Shown here one piece after another: positions 62,386 through 64,000 of a DNA stretch of 64,000 bases (position 1 is its first letter; each line of letters starts with the position of its first letter). The translations under genes were made by a program, and so were the position numbers. The stretch lies in NCBI GenBank assembly GCA_965217895.1, contig CBDCJV010000002.1, forward strand, positions 2,240,001 to 2,304,000, written 5' to 3'. The DNA is from Waterburya sp. GTDB lineage: Bacteria > Cyanobacteriota > Cyanobacteriia > Cyanobacteriales > Xenococcaceae. The notes beneath the pieces are model-generated. The model made no database searches. It was given only the letters and a program-made list of their open reading frames with translations, and was not told where the DNA came from.

Positions 62386-62982
62386 CTACGCACTTTTCCA
62401 GTTAATATAGGGTAATTTTGCTGCTGTGGCTTTAATGCCTTGGGCATTACCAACCAACTGTCCACAATTATCCCATGTACCTTCAAGAAACATTTGTTTT
62501 GAGCCTTCATTCATCTCAACTGGAACGGAAAAATTATCACTCTTGACTTCCATTGTTTTTAAACTAAGGGTTAAATTAGCTTGAGGATTTTCGCTAATTA
62601 ATGTCTGCAACCGTTTTATTTCTTCGGAGGTAGCGATCGCACAAGGAACACCTATCGCTACGCAGTTACCAAAAAAAATCTCCGCAAAACTTTGACCGAC
62701 GATCGCCTTAATTCCCCATTTAGACAAAGCTTGGGGCGCGTGTTCACGGGACGATCCACAGCCAAAATTATTATTTACAACTAAAATAGTGGCATTCTGA
62801 TATTGAGGTCGATCGAAAGGATGTTTGCCCTCAGTCTGGGCGCGATCGTCAGCAAATGCGTGTTCTCCTAAACCATCAAAAGTCACACAGCGCAGAAAAC
62901 GAGCGGGGATTATTCGATCTGTATCTATATCATCCCCTACTACGGCGATCGCCTTTCCAGATATTTCTTTAACTTTACTCAT
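62386..62982 (-). CDS. leuD: 3-isopropylmalate dehydratase small subunit
   Basis: [37 protein letters not shown]. Confidence 0.96.
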   Translation of the reverse strand: MSKVKEISGKAIAVVGDDIDTDRIIPARFLRCVTFDGLGEHAFADDRAQTEGKHPFDRPQYQNATILVVNNNFGCGSSREHAPQALSKWGIKAIVGQSFAEIFFGNCVAIGVPCAIATSEEIKRLQTLISENPQANLTLSLKTMEVKSDNFSVPVEMNEGSKQMFLEGTWDNCGQLVGNAQGIKATAAKLPYINWKSA

Positions 62983-62997
62983 GTTTTGATTATTGAT

Positions 62998-63064
62998 TAC
63001 TTGGTGGGCATTGATGAGCTTATTTTTTTTATGTGAACAAAATTTTATTTTATGCCCACCCTAC
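62998..63064. repeat. REP-doublet-like palindrome (copy 2)
   Basis: Near-identical to 17534-17600. Confidence 0.8.
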
Positions 63065-63073
63065 TACTACTCT

Positions 63074-64000
63074 TTATGAGCCTGATTCTAATTCTTTTTG
63101 CCAATCTCGATCTATTTTGTCAGCATTTTTAATGTTTTGATCGAGAAGATCGTCTTCGGTAGTGTAAGCAAGATCGCGATCGCTAATTACTTTTTGTTGA
63201 GCAAACTGACTAGCATAGGCTAGTTTCTGACGTAGAGATTGATCGGGCTGGTTGAGAGCGATCGCTCTTTGTTGGCGAGATTGATTGCGCTGAATAATCT
63301 TCGGGTTGCGCCCCTGAATCCAGAAATAGCGCACCAGAGGAATCAAAAGATACAATACGCCGTAGCCAAACAGTAGCACCAGAATTGACTGTACAAACGC
63401 TACTATTCCACCCAATTCTGCTGCGATCGTACCATCCTGTAAAAGATTACCTAAGACCAAAGCCAAAACAATGTTTAATACACCCAAACCAGCAGCCATC
63501 GTAATTTGACCACTATTAGCCTGACTAAAACGCCAAGGTTTTTCCTCCAGATACCCCGCAGCAGATATTTGTTGTGGTTGTCTATCTTTTGCCGTTACTT
63601 GAAGTTCAGGAAAATAATAAATTATTTCTCCTTGAGGTGAAACTTCGGGATAGCCATTAAAGCGACTAAGTACAGGAAGCATATAGTCTTCATCTCGATC
63701 CATCTTGTCCACGTAAGGCGCAATTTGTTCTCCTGCTACTGCACCTTTTTGGCTACGAATTACCAAACCAATAGTTTGCCAGCGATGTTCTTCTAAATCA
63801 GCATTGGGGTTTCCATCTCCAAACAGAAAGGAAAAAACTGATTCTAGAAAATTCATTTGATAATTACTTGTCTGTCTTCTGCGCTGACGACGACGACGAT
63901 TGTAGCCAGGATCGAACAACCAAAAAATATCGCCAAACCAAAAATGAGGTACAAAAAAGCCTCCTCCGAAACCTCCGCCATAGCTTCTGTTACTACCACC
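63074..64000 (-). CDS. Conserved hypothetical membrane protein, 5'-truncated by the window
   Basis: Frame is open to 64000; FLESVFSFLFGDGNPN, F.GYPEVS..G.IIYYFPELQ. Confidence 0.8.
   Translation of the reverse strand, partial: GGSNRSYGGGFGGGFFVPHFWFGDIFWLFDPGYNRRRRQRRRQTSNYQMNFLESVFSFLFGDGNPNADLEEHRWQTIGLVIRSQKGAVAGEQIAPYVDKMDRDEDYMLPVLSRFNGYPEVSPQGEIIYYFPELQVTAKDRQPQQISAAGYLEEKPWRFSQANSGQITMAAGLGVLNIVLALVLGNLLQDGTIAAELGGIVAFVQSILVLLFGYGVLYLLIPLVRYFWIQGRNPKIIQRNQSRQQRAIALNQPDQSLRQKLAYASQFAQQKVISDRDLAYTTEDDLLDQNIKNADKIDRDWQKELESGS

Noticed and set aside
1..64000. Very frequent GCGATCGC octamers
   Set aside because: HIP1 over-representation is a well-known cyanobacterial trait; only the split sites are reported.

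Overview
AT-rich cyanobacterial chromosomal DNA, shown by abundant HIP1 GCGATCGC octamers, cpcBA-cpcE, pebAB, vipp1 and an hli gene. Gene content is mostly housekeeping and envelope: MurT-like ligase, two RND efflux systems, accB-efp, pepP, acnB, crtW, mgtE, rbp, leuD, an SLH porin and a cyanoexosortase cluster beside a PEP-CTERM-variant (VPFG) protein. I saw no rRNA, tRNA, CRISPR array or transposase. The most unusual signal is at DNA level: tiny GC-rich hairpin modules, including a 27-nt core CCCGCGTCGCC-N4-GGCGCAAGGGAA in 4 copies (one truncated) and inserts that split HIP1 sites. Several sit in frame inside intact genes (MurT-like, acnB, a secreted protein, a SPOR-like protein) or appear to rewrite a gene end. 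Several MITE/REP-like families also occur between genes. Other oddities are an inverted degenerate echo of the cpcE 5' end, a cytochrome b6 paralogue lacking one haem His next to crtW and hli, and a frameshifted pentapeptide gene. All calls come from reading motifs by eye; no database searches were run.
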